From positions 160,001 to 224,000 of the forward strand of contig OY820591.1 of NCBI GenBank assembly GCA_963555985.3: 64,000 nucleotides of DNA. Direction: 5' to 3'. A program made the translations under genes and the position numbers. The DNA is from Dehalococcoidia bacterium. GTDB taxonomy: Bacteria > Chloroflexota > Dehalococcoidia > Bin125. The notes beneath the pieces were generated by a model, which saw only the letters and a program-made list of their open reading frames with translations, was not told the origin of the DNA and did no database searches. This document shows, one piece after another, positions 10,351 through 20,393 of this stretch (position 1 is its first letter; every line of letters starts with the position of its first letter).

Positions 10351-11511
10351 TTAGCTGTCTTCCCATTGGACGAACATGGGCATGAGGACGTGGACGTAGT
10401 TGTCGCGTCCGACGACTCGGAAGACGCCTGGGTTGGAGGGGCCGGAGGTCTCCATCGCGATCTCGGCGGAGGTGCCGGAGGCGACCTGGAGGACTTCCTG
10501 GAGGTAGCGGACGTTGTAGGCGATGCGGGAGTCGGAGCCTTCGATTGCGGCGGAAACGCGGCCGCGGTGGTTGCCCAGTTCTTCGGCGCGGGCGGTGAGG
10601 GTGATTTCGCCCTCGCCGGCGCCGTTGCCGTTCTGTTCGCTGTTGAAGAGCAGGCGGATGATGCCGCTCGACTCGCGGGCGAAGACGGCGGCGGAGCGGA
10701 CTTTCTGTTGCAAGGCGGAACCGGGCAGCACGGCGCGGGTCTGATACTCGCTCGGGACCAGCTGGTTGTAGCTGGGATAATTGCCCTGGATCAGCTGCGC
10801 GGTCATCTGCACGTTGCGCAGGTGGAAGCGGACGTAGCTGCGGTCGTGGTGGATGTACATCTCGACCGAGGCGTCTTCTTCGCTGAGCAGGCGTTCGAGT
10901 TCGCTGAGGGCGCGGGCGGGGACGGTCAGTTCGAGCGCTTCGCTGAGTTCGGAGGCGACGCTCATGTCGTAGACGGCGAGGCGGAAGCCGTCGGCGGCGG
11001 CGAGGGTCATGGTGTCGCCCTCGAAGCGGAAGTGGACGCCGGTGAGGACGGGGCGGCCGTCGTCGGTGGCGGCGGCGAAGACGACGTGGCGCAGCGCTTC
11101 GCGGAGGTCGGAGGCAACGATCTTGATCCAGTCGCCCTCGCCCACGCCGGGGATGTTGGGGTAGCTGCTGGCGCTCATGCCGTGGATCGAGGACTCGTTG
11201 GCGTCGGAGGCGCGGATCTGGGTGACGAGCGAGCCATCGGCCACGTCGATGATCAGGTCGGCGGCGTCGAGCGCGGAGACGAGATCGTTGATGAAGCGGT
11301 GGGGGACGGTGATCGTGCCGGGTTCGTCGACGGCGGCGTCGATCTGCACGATCAGCGCAATTTCGGTGTCGGTGGCGGTGAGGCGGACGCCCTCCTCGTC
11401 GGCAGCAAGGTGGACGTGCCGGAGCTGATCGAGGCTGTGGCGCGCGGCGACGGCGCGGCTGACGGTAGAGAGTCCGCGTTCGAGCGCGGCCTGGCTGGTC
11501 TGGATGCGCAT
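10351..11511 (-). CDS. dnaN: DNA polymerase III beta sliding clamp
   Basis: LTATDTEIAL, RPVLTGVHF, AAADGFRLA, LIQGNYPSY, YNVRYLQE, HVLMPM. Confidence 0.95.
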   Translation of the reverse strand: MRIQTSQAALERGLSTVSRAVAARHSLDQLRHVHLAADEEGVRLTATDTEIALIVQIDAAVDEPGTITVPHRFINDLVSALDAADLIIDVADGSLVTQIRASDANESSIHGMSASSYPNIPGVGEGDWIKIVASDLREALRHVVFAAATDDGRPVLTGVHFRFEGDTMTLAAADGFRLAVYDMSVASELSEALELTVPARALSELERLLSEEDASVEMYIHHDRSYVRFHLRNVQMTAQLIQGNYPSYNQLVPSEYQTRAVLPGSALQQKVRSAAVFARESSGIIRLLFNSEQNGNGAGEGEITLTARAEELGNHRGRVSAAIEGSDSRIAYNVRYLQEVLQVASGTSAEIAMETSGPSNPGVFRVVGRDNYVHVLMPMFVQWEDS

Positions 11512-11709
11512 CTGAGTTCCTCTTCGTTGCGCCGCCAAAGCGGCGGTTTGGAGTCGGCCTGTAAATGATCACCCGTGTGATCGATATGGCCTGATGCAGA
11601 TACAGTATGCCTATGCAGCCGCTCGCACTGCCCGCCCGTGTTACTCACCATAGGTAGCGGGGGAAAGGGTGGATGATGGGGATGTTTGAGTGCGTAGGCA
11701 AGGCGCGGC

Positions 11710-11875
11710 GGGGGTGTTCAGGTTGTTCAGCAAGAATTTTTTTCGGAGCGGCGGAATTGCGAATTTGCTGCTGTGGCTGGGAGATGAGCGTTCAGGGTGT
11801 TCAGAGATGTTCAGGGCTGAGCGGGCGGGTGGAGATTGGGCGGGGCTGAATTCGGATGAGGTCTTGTTGAGATGA
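11710..11875 (-). repeat. CTGAAC phased-repeat element (related to 32521-32640)
   Basis: minus strand ctgaacatctctgaacaccctgaacgctcatctcc...aaaaaaattcttgctgaacaacctgaac. Confidence 0.6.
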
Positions 11876-11919
11876 CGCCGACCGGGAGATGCCGAGGGCA
11901 GCACGGCAGTCCCGATCCT

Positions 11920-11951
11920 CGTCATACCCGCACTCCGTCGCGGGTATCTCG
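11920..11951. repeat. REP family B
   Basis: cgtcatacccgcactccgtcgcgggtatctcg. Confidence 0.75.
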
Positions 11952-12153
11952 ATGTGTTCAGGTCCATGTTCGGTCGAAGCAGGAGCGGCGACATGGAGCC
12001 TCCCGTTGAGGCGTTTGTCATACTGATGTGCGACTAGTATAGCTGGTTTGGGCTTTGGTGTGGGTGTGTCGTGGTTGGCAGTGGTGGTTAGGACGTTCGG
12101 GGTATGGCGAGAATCCATGTCCGATGCGATGCGCTGCATGGATTCCCGCTTTC

Positions 12154-12296
12154 GGAGGCCTTTGCAAATTGGCATTCCCGCTGCTCTCGTCATTCCAGCG
12201 AAAGCTGGAATCTCGCCCGACCAGATAGACCGAACTCCGAACGAGATTCCAGGTCAAGCCTGGAATGACGGAAATGGGGGTTTCGCAAAGGCCTCC
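12154..12296. mobile_element. MITE with GGAGGCCTTTGC TIRs and 4-bp TTTC duplication, inserted in a REP family C loop
   Basis: TIRs 12154-12168 and 12282-12296 (14/15 complementary); TTTC at 12150-12153 and 12297-12300; flanks rejoin to ggattcccgctttcgcgggaatgac. Confidence 0.75.
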
Positions 12297-12355
12297 TTTC
12301 GCGGGAATGACGGAGGGTGGGGAAGTGGGATAGGGCTTGGGTGCGGTACTCAGCG

Positions 12356-12412
12356 AGTGATCCCCGCCGTCGCGGAGCCTGTCCCCGCGACGGAGCGCGG
12401 GTATGACGGAGT
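12356..12412. repeat. REP family B with nested unit
   Basis: gagcctgtccccgcgacggagcgcgggtatgacggag. Confidence 0.7.
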
Positions 12413-12421
12413 TCTTTGAGA

Positions 12422-13378
12422 TCAGCGAGGCGCTTGCGCTGGCAGGGCTTCGAGGATGCCTCGGAGATCGGGGCCTCTCCAGGTGGGGAGAGCTCTCATC
12501 ATGCGTTCTCGTTCGGGATCGGGGTAGCGGCTGACCCAGTAGACGGGGAGTCCGGCGTGGTTGGCTCCGGTGACGTCGGCCCAGGGGCTGTCGCCGACGT
12601 AGAGGACGGCTTCGGGGGCTAGATCGAGGCGTTGGCAGAGTTGCTCGAAGAAGGGTCGGCGGGGCTTGTAGGACTGCGCCTCCTCCGAGGAGAGCACCAG
12701 CTCGACCTCGTGTCCGGCGCGGATGCTGGCTTCGGCCAGCGCCGCTTCGAGGTGGTCGTCGTCGGCGTTGCTGCCGATGGCGACGCGGTAGCCGCGCTCG
12801 CGCAGTTCGCTCAGCACCGGCAGCACTTCGGGGTAGGCGGGCGCTTGCGAGAGCACATCCCAGAGGTGCTGGAAGGCGGTCATGGGCGGGATCGTCTCGA
12901 CGGCGTGGGTTTTGAAGGCGTCGGCGAAGAAGATCGGCCAAGTCTCGGAGAAGGGGCGGAAGACCGGTTCGGGGCCTTCGAGCGGCCGGTCGGGGTTGCG
13001 GCCCTCTTTGCGCGACATTTCGCGGGAGGCGTCGAGCCAGGCTTGCCAGACCTGCTCGCCGGTGGCGTGTTCGACGCCGTGTTGGAGCAGCAGCTCGTGG
13101 ACGAGGGTGGCGAACTGGCGCTCTTCGAGTTGGAGCAGGGTGCCGTAGCAGTCGAAAGCGACGGCGCGGACGGTCTCGCTGGCGCGTTCGGGTGCGACGG
13201 TGGGCGGGGAGGGTTTGGGGGGAGGGTCGGGGGTTGTGGAGTTTTGGGCGGACCCCGCTCTGTCGCTACGCGACCTCTCCCCCCGCGATGCGGGGGGAGA
13301 GGGGGATTGGTCTTGTGACATCTTCTCCCGTGATGCGGGGGGAGAGAATTTTGCCTGTGCGTCGGTGGTTTCGCTCAT
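12422..13378 (-). CDS. HAD-superfamily hydrolase (haloacid dehalogenase-like)
   Basis: [24 protein letters not shown]; start overlaps hemB stop (ATGA); N-terminal extension partly REP-derived. Confidence 0.85.
   Translation of the reverse strand: MSETTDAQAKFSPPASREKMSQDQSPSPPASRGERSRSDRAGSAQNSTTPDPPPKPSPPTVAPERASETVRAVAFDCYGTLLQLEERQFATLVHELLLQHGVEHATGEQVWQAWLDASREMSRKEGRNPDRPLEGPEPVFRPFSETWPIFFADAFKTHAVETIPPMTAFQHLWDVLSQAPAYPEVLPVLSELRERGYRVAIGSNADDDHLEAALAEASIRAGHEVELVLSSEEAQSYKPRRPFFEQLCQRLDLAPEAVLYVGDSPWADVTGANHAGLPVYWVSRYPDPERERMMRALPTWRGPDLRGILEALPAQAPR
13250..13349 (-). repeat. tandem REP family A within HAD gene 5' end
   Basis: encodes [31 protein letters not shown]. Confidence 0.8.
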
Positions 13379-14397
13379 GAGGGTCGCCGTGCGAGCCAGC
13401 GGGCGGCGTCTTTGGCGTGGTAGGTGAGAATCATGTCCGCTCCGGCGCGGCGGAGGCCGGTCAGGGTTTCCAGGACGATCCGTTCTTCGTCCAGCCAGCC
13501 GTTGGCGGCGGCGGCCTTCACCATCGCATACTCCCCGCTGACGTTGTATGCCGCCAGGGGCACATTGACCGACTCCCGCGCGGCTCGCACCAGATCGAGG
13601 TAGGCGAGCGCGGGTTTGACCATCACCATGTCCGCGCCCTCGGCTAGATCGCGCTCGATCGCGCGCAAGGCTTCGCGTCCGTTGGGCGGATCCATCTGGT
13701 AGCCGCGCCGGTCGCCGAAGGCGGGGGCGGAGTCGGCGGCGTCGCGGAAGGGGCCGTAGTAGGCCGAGGCGAACTTGGCGGCATAAGAGAGCAGCGTGCG
13801 GTCGGCGTAGCCGGCGTCGTCAAGCGCCTCTCGGATCACGCCGATGCGTCCGTCCATCATGTCGGAGGGAGCGATGATGTCCGCTCCCGCTTCGGCCTGG
13901 CTGACGGCGGTCTGGGCGAGCAGCTCGACCGAGGCGTCGTTGATCACGGAGCCGTCGTCGTCCAGCAGACCGCAGTGACCGTGATCGGTGTACTCGCAGA
14001 GGCAGACGTCGGTGACGACGATCAGGTCGGGGTTGGCGTCCTTGAGCGTGCGCACGGCCTGCTGGATCACGCCGTCGTGAATCCAGGCGCCGCTGCCCTC
14101 GAAGTCCTTCGTGTCAGGCAGACCGAAAAGCAGGATCGCGGGGATGTCGAGCGAGCGCAGTTCGGCTGCTTCCTGCGGGAGCTGGTCAATTGAGAGTCGG
14201 AACTGTCCGGGCATTGAGGGGATCGGCTCGCGCTCGTTGTGTCCGAGCGTGACGAAGATCGGGTAGATGAAGTCGGCTGGGGCGAGGCGGGTCTCGCGCA
14301 CCATCCGGCGCAGACCCTCGCTGCGGCGCAGGCGGCGCATTCGGTGGGCGCTGGGAATTGCAGTGTTGCTTGTGGACGGACGCACTGTAGATACCAT
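13375..14397 (-). CDS. hemB: porphobilinogen synthase (ALA dehydratase)
   Basis: [51 protein letters not shown]. Confidence 0.95.
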   Translation of the reverse strand: MVSTVRPSTSNTAIPSAHRMRRLRRSEGLRRMVRETRLAPADFIYPIFVTLGHNEREPIPSMPGQFRLSIDQLPQEAAELRSLDIPAILLFGLPDTKDFEGSGAWIHDGVIQQAVRTLKDANPDLIVVTDVCLCEYTDHGHCGLLDDDGSVINDASVELLAQTAVSQAEAGADIIAPSDMMDGRIGVIREALDDAGYADRTLLSYAAKFASAYYGPFRDAADSAPAFGDRRGYQMDPPNGREALRAIERDLAEGADMVMVKPALAYLDLVRAARESVNVPLAAYNVSGEYAMVKAAAANGWLDEERIVLETLTGLRRAGADMILTYHAKDAARWLARRPS

Positions 14398-14405
14398 GCC
14401 GTCGC

Positions 14406-16019
14406 TCACTCTTCCTGAACGTGACGCGCGATTGCGTCTAGCAATCCGCCGACCGTATGCGTCTGCGCGACCACGCTGACTGACCAACCCAATTCACGCG
14501 CGGCGGCAGCCGTGACCGGACCGATGCAGGCGATTGTTGCGCCTTTGATCGCGCGCTGCACTGAGTCTACGCGGGTCAGTTCATGCAGACCGCGAGCGGT
14601 GGACGGGGATGTCAAGGTGACCACATCAACGCCGTCTGCGAGCGCGTCCAGCGCTGACGGATCGGGTTGGGCGGTGACGCTGTCGTAGAGGGGGATGTCG
14701 TCGATCATTGCTCCGCGCTCGCGGAGGCCGTCGCTGAGCCGCCGGCTGCCCTGGGCGGCGCGGGCGAGCAGGATTCGGCGTCCGCTCAGGTCTTCCTGGG
14801 CGAGCTCCTCCAAGAGGGCGGCGGAGGTGTAGGTCGCGGGTATGAGATCGGCGCTGAAGCCGCGCTGCTTCAGGGCGTGGGCGGTGGCTGCGCCGATCGC
14901 CGCGATGCGGGTTGTACCGCAGGCGCGGGCGTCCAATCCGGCCTGGCGCAGGGCTGTCCAGAGACGCTCGACGCCGTTGACGCTGGTGAGGATGAGGTCG
15001 TCGAAGCGGCCGGCGGTTAAGGTTCGCACGGCCCAGCCAATGAGGGCGGGGTCGGTGTCGATCAGCTCGATCGTGGGGAGGAGGACGGGTTCGGCGCCGT
15101 GTTGGCGGAGGAGGGTGGCGAACTCGGCGGACTGTGCTTTGGGGCGGGTGATCAGGATTCGGAGGTCTTGGAGGGGAGAGACCGTATGAGGGTAGAGATC
15201 GCGTTGTTGCGGGGATGGTGATCCGTCGTGGCGCTGGTCTGCGTCTGGAGCTTGGGAGGTTCGAGATTCCCGCCTGCGCGGGAATGACGGAATAGGGGCT
15301 TGGGCAAGAGCGACCACTTGCCCGATCACGACTGTCATGGGTGGTCGAAGGTTGGCCTCGGACACGGCTTGCGGCAGATCGGCGAGTGTTGTGGTGAGGC
15401 TTTGCTGTTGTGGAGTTGAGGCTTGTTCGATTGCGGCTGCGGGGGTGTTGGGATCGAGGCCGGCGGCGATCAGACGATCTGTGATCTGGGGCAGGTTTCG
15501 CCAGCCCATCAGGATCACGATTGTGCCTCCGGTTCGGGCGAGGGCGTTCCAGTTGAGCTCGGGCGCTCCTTCGGCGGCTTCATGGCCGGTGACGACGGTG
15601 AAGGCGGAGGCGGCGCGGCGATCGGTGACGGGGATACCGGCGAGGGCGGCTGCTGCGGAGGCGCTGCTGACGCCTGGGATCACTTCGTACTCCAGGCCGG
15701 CCTCGTGGAGCGCGGTCGCCTCTTCGCCGCCGCGTCCGAAGACGAATGGATCGCCGCCCTTGAGTCGGACGACGCGCAACCCTTGGCGAGCGCGGTCGAT
15801 CAGGAGGGCGTTGATCTGGTCTTGCGAGAGGCGGGCGTCGCCGGCGCGCTTGCCCGCGTCGATTCGTTCGGCGTTGGGCGCTTCGTCCAGGAGGCTGAGG
15901 GGGATCAGGCGGTCGTGGATGATCACGTCGGCGCGTCGGATCGCTTCCAGACCGGCCAGGGTGATGAGCTTGGGATCGCCCGGTCCCGCGCCGACGAGGA
16001 TGATCGGCGGCGGTTTCAT
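14406..16019 (-). CDS. cobA: uroporphyrinogen-III C-methyltransferase / uroporphyrinogen-III synthase fusion (CobA-HemD)
   Basis: [24 protein letters not shown] then ILITRP, LTSVNGV, TSPST, CIGPVTA. Confidence 0.93.
   Translation of the reverse strand: MKPPPIILVGAGPGDPKLITLAGLEAIRRADVIIHDRLIPLSLLDEAPNAERIDAGKRAGDARLSQDQINALLIDRARQGLRVVRLKGGDPFVFGRGGEEATALHEAGLEYEVIPGVSSASAAAALAGIPVTDRRAASAFTVVTGHEAAEGAPELNWNALARTGGTIVILMGWRNLPQITDRLIAAGLDPNTPAAAIEQASTPQQQSLTTTLADLPQAVSEANLRPPMTVVIGQVVALAQAPIPSFPRRRESRTSQAPDADQRHDGSPSPQQRDLYPHTVSPLQDLRILITRPKAQSAEFATLLRQHGAEPVLLPTIELIDTDPALIGWAVRTLTAGRFDDLILTSVNGVERLWTALRQAGLDARACGTTRIAAIGAATAHALKQRGFSADLIPATYTSAALLEELAQEDLSGRRILLARAAQGSRRLSDGLRERGAMIDDIPLYDSVTAQPDPSALDALADGVDVVTLTSPSTARGLHELTRVDSVQRAIKGATIACIGPVTAAAARELGWSVSVVAQTHTVGGLLDAIARHVQEE
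15263..15290 (-). repeat. REP family C (dRS3-like ATTCCC-N8-GGGAAT) in-frame in the CobA-HemD linker
   Basis: gagattcccgcctgcgcgggaatgacgg; peptide PSFPRRRES. Confidence 0.8.
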
Positions 16020-16942
16020 GACGACTGCTCCATCAGGGCGCGTCCGCCGCGATCGAGCAGGGCTTGGCCGAGTTCGCGGCCTACCGCTTCGGGATCGTCG
16101 CCGGGGCCGCTGCGCTGGAGTTCGATCCGACGGGTTCCGTCCAGGCTGAGCATTCGTCCGGCGACGACGACTTCATCCAAGCGCACATGTCCCAGGGCGG
16201 CGACGGGCAGCGTGCAGCCCGCGCCAAGCTGGGAGAGCGCCGCCCGTTCGGCGCGAACTGCCAACTCGGTCGGACGATGATTTGCGGCGGTCAAGGATGC
16301 GATCAGCGTGTCGTCGTCCGAGCGCGACTGCAAGGCGATTGCGCCCTGTCCGGGCGCGGGCAGCATCAGGTCGATTGGCAGCGGCGCGATCGTGACGCCC
16401 GACTGCTGTCCAAGCCGCGCGAGACCTGCGACCGCGAGCACGATTGCGTCGAACTCTCCGGCCAAGAGCTTGCGGATGCGGGTATCGACGTTGCCGCGAA
16501 TGTCGGCGATTTGCAGATCGGGTCTGCGCGAGCGCAGTTGCGCGGCGCGTCGGCGGGAGCCGGTGCCGACTCGCGCGCCGTGGGATAGATCGTCAACTCC
16601 CGCCCAGCCGCGTTCGGTTGGGGTAACCAGCGCGTCGCGGACATCGGCGCGGGGGAGGAATGCCGCCAGCGTCGTGCCTGCTTGGAGCGCGGAGGGGATG
16701 TCCTTGGCGCTGTGCGCGGCGAGATCGATCTCGCCGTTGAGCAGGGCGGTCTCGATGGCGCGGACGAAGACGCCGCGTCCGCCGAGGACGCGCAGGGAGG
16801 TGGCGCGGTCGCGGTCGCCTTCGGTGCGGATGATCACTGCTTCGGCTTCGAGGCCGGCGTTGCGCAGGGCAGCAAGCGCGAGCTCGGTTTGAGCGCGCGA
16901 GAGGGCGCTGCCGCGCGTGCCGACTCGTAGCGGGGCGCTCAT
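16016..16942 (-). CDS. hemC: hydroxymethylbilane synthase
   Basis: GTRGSALSRAQ, HSAKDIP, GTGSRRR, IRGNVDTR, PAPGQGA, GCTLPV. Confidence 0.95.
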   Translation of the reverse strand: MSAPLRVGTRGSALSRAQTELALAALRNAGLEAEAVIIRTEGDRDRATSLRVLGGRGVFVRAIETALLNGEIDLAAHSAKDIPSALQAGTTLAAFLPRADVRDALVTPTERGWAGVDDLSHGARVGTGSRRRAAQLRSRRPDLQIADIRGNVDTRIRKLLAGEFDAIVLAVAGLARLGQQSGVTIAPLPIDLMLPAPGQGAIALQSRSDDDTLIASLTAANHRPTELAVRAERAALSQLGAGCTLPVAALGHVRLDEVVVAGRMLSLDGTRRIELQRSGPGDDPEAVGRELGQALLDRGGRALMEQSS

Positions 16943-17634
16943 GGCTGCTCGTTGCGGCAGGCGACGAGTGGGGCGTCGCTCGCCTCGGGGGCTGTGATGG
17001 GAGCGCCCAGACGACCCAGTAGCAGCGCCTTGGCGCGGCCTCGTCTTCGTTGCGAGAGGAGGACGCGCAAATGTCCGTCCATCGCTGTCTGCCACTGTTC
17101 CGAGGGGATTGGACGGAAGACGCTGCGCTTGCGCAGATCGGCGCGGACTTCCGCGACTAATTCTGCCATCGGTGCGGTGTCGGCGCTGAGGTAGTGGGAG
17201 AGTTCCTCACGCAACCGCCGGGCGATCGCGGGACTGCCGCCGCCGGTCGAGATGGCGAGCGTGAGCGGCGGTTCGCGCACGACGGCGGGGAGGATGAAGT
17301 CGCAATAGGCGGGATCGTCGGCGGCGTTGATGGGTACGCCGATCGCGCGGGCGTCCTGTTGGAGTTGGGCGTTGGCGCTGCGGTCTTCTTGGGCGGCCAT
17401 GATGATCGCGCAGCCGTCCATGTCGCCGCATTGGTAGGGGCGGGCGATGTGTCTCAGTGCGCCTCGATCGCGAAGATCGGCGAGTGCGGGGATGAGTTCG
17501 GGCGCGACCACGGTGATTGCCGCCTGAGCCGCCAAGAGCCCGCGCACCTTCTCCAGCGCCAGCGCGCCGCCGCCGATCACCAGCACGGGGCGGTCGGCGA
17601 GATCGAGGAAGATGGGGTAGTAGGGCCGGGTCAC
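16939..17634 (-). CDS. precorrin-2 dehydrogenase/sirohydrochlorin ferrochelatase (CysG N-terminal/SirC-like)
   Basis: YPIFLDL..VLVIGGG, NAADDPAYCDFILPA, AISTGGGSPA; GTG start inferred. Confidence 0.9.
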   Translation of the reverse strand: MTRPYYPIFLDLADRPVLVIGGGALALEKVRGLLAAQAAITVVAPELIPALADLRDRGALRHIARPYQCGDMDGCAIIMAAQEDRSANAQLQQDARAIGVPINAADDPAYCDFILPAVVREPPLTLAISTGGGSPAIARRLREELSHYLSADTAPMAELVAEVRADLRKRSVFRPIPSEQWQTAMDGHLRVLLSQRRRGRAKALLLGRLGAPITAPEASDAPLVACRNEQP

Positions 17635-17654
17635 GGGAGGGAGTTCAGGGGCGG

Positions 17655-18599
17655 TCAAGCGAGATCGAGTTGGGCGATGGCGATGCCGCGCTCGCCCTGG
17701 ACGGTGTAGAGCAGCCAGGCGCCGGCGTTCTGTTCGAAGACGGCGGGGTCGCGCAGTTCGTGGACGGGTTTGGGCGCGTAGCCGCGCACGCTGGGCGCGA
17801 TCGGCAAGGTCGCGCCCTCCCAGTCGTAGGCCGGGCGGAGCACGTCCTGCGCGGGTCCGGCGCTCCACTCGCGCCAATCGCCGTCAAGCGCGACCGGCGA
17901 GGCGAGGATGCGCTCCGGGGTGTCGCCGACATTGCTCCAGAAGACCCAGAGCGTGTCGCCGCGCCGCAAGAGGGCGCAGTGGCGCATCGTGTCGGGGAAG
18001 AGTTGCGGCCCCTGCTCGAACTCACTCAGGCCGTCCTCGGAGCGGTAGAGGATGCCCGGCATCGACATCCCGTACCAGCCCGGCTGGTCAACGTCGTCGA
18101 GCCGGATCATGCGCAGGTAGCTGGTCGAAAGCACCTCCTCGCGCGCCTCGAAGTGGATCCCGTCGGAGGAGAGCGCGAGACGGGAGACCTGGCGTCCGTC
18201 GGTCAGCTGACCGTGGTAGTAGAGACGAATTTGGCCTGTGTCTTCGTCAACTTGCGCATCGGGCGAAGCGACGTGGGGGTAGACCCAGCCTTTGGCGGCG
18301 AGCTCAGCGAGTTCGGGCGCGAACTGGCCGGGCGTGGTGGGGAAGTGCGACTGTTCGAGCTGAAGCGTGCCCGGTTCGTAGGTGGTCCAGGGGCCGATCA
18401 GTTGATCTGCGTAGGCGAGCCGGATGTAGCGGCCCTTGTGGTCGGCGAAGTAGAGGTAGTACTCGCCCAGCCGTCCGGTTTCGGTGTCGGCCAGCCATGC
18501 GGGTGCGCGGATTAATGAGGGGCCGTTGATGTTGTCGCCCATGCGGGCGTCCATGTCGGGACGGATGATCGGTTCGTCGGCGAGTCGGGTCGCGCGCAT
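17655..18599 (-). CDS. putative five-bladed beta-propeller glycoside-hydrolase-like protein
   Basis: NINGPSLI, YYLYFADH, HVASPD, SSDGIHF, LRDPAVF blade-like motifs. Confidence 0.6.
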   Translation of the reverse strand: MRATRLADEPIIRPDMDARMGDNINGPSLIRAPAWLADTETGRLGEYYLYFADHKGRYIRLAYADQLIGPWTTYEPGTLQLEQSHFPTTPGQFAPELAELAAKGWVYPHVASPDAQVDEDTGQIRLYYHGQLTDGRQVSRLALSSDGIHFEAREEVLSTSYLRMIRLDDVDQPGWYGMSMPGILYRSEDGLSEFEQGPQLFPDTMRHCALLRRGDTLWVFWSNVGDTPERILASPVALDGDWREWSAGPAQDVLRPAYDWEGATLPIAPSVRGYAPKPVHELRDPAVFEQNAGAWLLYTVQGERGIAIAQLDLA

Positions 18600-18691
18600 C
18601 TGCTTCGTACACTCTCGCTGCTGCGCGACCACCCGGCCGCCGCTTGGTTCATGGTAGGGCGCAGGCGAACTCACCGGTAAGCTGGAAGGTG

Positions 18692-19306
18692 ATGAACCTG
18701 CAATACGGTCCTCTGCGCGAGATCATCGAGACCGCGATTCTCGGCCTGATCGTGTTCCTGCTCGCACGCGAGGCGGTGCAGAACTTCCAGGTCGAGGGCA
18801 GCTCGATGCAGCCCACGCTGGAGACCTCCGAGCTGGTGCTGGTCAACAAGATCGGCTACTGGGAGATCGACCTCGGCCCCTTCGACGCGCTGATTCCCGG
18901 CCGCAGCAATGGCGACTTCCTCTTCAGCACGCCCCAGCGCGGCAGCGTGATCATCCTGCATCCGCCCTACCGCTCGGAGCACGATTTCGTGAAGCGGATC
19001 ATCGGCTTACCCGGCGACGAGGTTGAGATCAGCGGCGGGCGGGTCTACGTCAACGGGGTCGCGCTGGCCGAGTACGACTACATTTCGCAGCAGCCCAACT
19101 ACCGCTGGGGCCCCGCGATTATCCCGCCGGAGCACTATTTCGTGCTCGGCGACAACCGCAACAGCAGCCAGGACAGCCACGTCTTCGGCCCGATCCACCA
19201 AGACCAGATCGTGGGTGAGGTGATGTTCCGCTGGTTCCCCTTCGACAAGCTCACGAGCGGGATCAGCCGCGATGTGGTCGATGCGGCCGGAATGACGCTG
19301 CCATGA
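18692..19306 (+). CDS. lepB: signal peptidase I
   Basis: GSSMQPTL, FVKRIIGLPGD, GDNRNSSQDS. Confidence 0.93.
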   Translation: MNLQYGPLREIIETAILGLIVFLLAREAVQNFQVEGSSMQPTLETSELVLVNKIGYWEIDLGPFDALIPGRSNGDFLFSTPQRGSVIILHPPYRSEHDFVKRIIGLPGDEVEISGGRVYVNGVALAEYDYISQQPNYRWGPAIIPPEHYFVLGDNRNSSQDSHVFGPIHQDQIVGEVMFRWFPFDKLTSGISRDVVDAAGMTLP

Positions 19307-19866
19307 GCGTTACCGATCCGCTCGAACTGCTGCGCGACGCCGGCGCGGTGCTGGAGGGACATTTCCAGTACGCGAGCGGTCGCCACGGCGATCGCTACAT
19401 CGAGAAGTTCCGCCTGTTGGAGCGTCCCGCCACCACCGCCGATCTCTGCGCTCAGATCGCCGCCGCATTCCGGCAGGCCAACGTCGAAGTCGTGGTCGGG
19501 CCGACCACCGGCGGCATCCTGCTCTCGCACGAGACGGCCAAGAACCTCGGCACGAAGGCGTTCTTCGCCGAGTCGTCGGACGAGGGCGGGCGCTACCTCG
19601 GGCGAGGCTTCACGTTCGCCCCGGGCCAGCGCACGCTGGTCGTCGATGACGTGCTCACGACCGGCGGCTCAATCCGGGACACCATCGCCGCAGTCAGAGC
19701 ATCGGGCGGAGAGCCAATCGGCGTAGGGGTAGTAGTGGATCGAACCAACGGCCAGACGAGCTTCGAGGAGCTGCCCTTCTTCGCCTGTCTCACGATCGAG
19801 GTGGCGAGTTGGGATGCGAGCGAGTGTCCACTCTGTCGTGAGGGTGTGGAGTTGGTGGTGACCTAG
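19303..19866 (+). CDS. pyrE: orotate phosphoribosyltransferase
   Basis: GHFQYASGRH, VVDDVLTTGGS PRPP motif. Confidence 0.9.
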   Translation: MSVTDPLELLRDAGAVLEGHFQYASGRHGDRYIEKFRLLERPATTADLCAQIAAAFRQANVEVVVGPTTGGILLSHETAKNLGTKAFFAESSDEGGRYLGRGFTFAPGQRTLVVDDVLTTGGSIRDTIAAVRASGGEPIGVGVVVDRTNGQTSFEELPFFACLTIEVASWDASECPLCREGVELVVT

Positions 19867-19895
19867 CGTGGTGCGCGGATCTGTTCAGCGCGCTG

Positions 19896-20393
19896 CTATA
19901 CCGTTTCTGAATCCTCGACTGGTATTTCTTGGATCAATTCGACAATGCGCAGAGGCGGAGAGATTGTCAGCGTGAAGTCGTTGAGGATGTCCCTGCCCAA
20001 CAGGGAAGGCATGTACTGATTCACGATTGTTCCCCGTTCGTCCTTAAGCTCCAAAGCGATCCACAGGCTCTGATTCACAACAACAGGCGGACTCGTCTCC
20101 GTACGAAACACCAAGAGCAGTTCACGTTCAACCACCTCGCCTCCGGCCCCGACGCCACCGACCGGAATCCGGCCCTCGGATTGGCGGTTCAGCGCATGGT
20201 ATTGACGCTCTCCAAGAATAGTGACAGCGTCTCGCGGAGAGATCATTGTGCGATCAGCCCCGGTATCGATCAGAAACTCAATGTCGACAAATCGTTGATC
20301 GTGAAAGGCCGTGACGGGGAGGTATGGAGCTGGAGGTTGGCTGGCGTGAGTTTGTCGGAAGTGACCCAAGAGCCGTGGCTTTAGAGGATCCAC
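19896..20393 (-). CDS. retropepsin-like aspartyl protease
   Basis: FLIDTGADRT and SLLGRDIL motifs; start uncertain (20393-20417). Confidence 0.75.
   Translation of the reverse strand: MDPLKPRLLGHFRQTHASQPPAPYLPVTAFHDQRFVDIEFLIDTGADRTMISPRDAVTILGERQYHALNRQSEGRIPVGGVGAGGEVVERELLLVFRTETSPPVVVNQSLWIALELKDERGTIVNQYMPSLLGRDILNDFTLTISPPLRIVELIQEIPVEDSETV

Noticed and set aside
11512-12420. Possible oriC upstream of dnaN
   Set aside because: No dnaA adjacent and no TTATCCACA boxes seen; the gap is largely explained by repeats and the MITE
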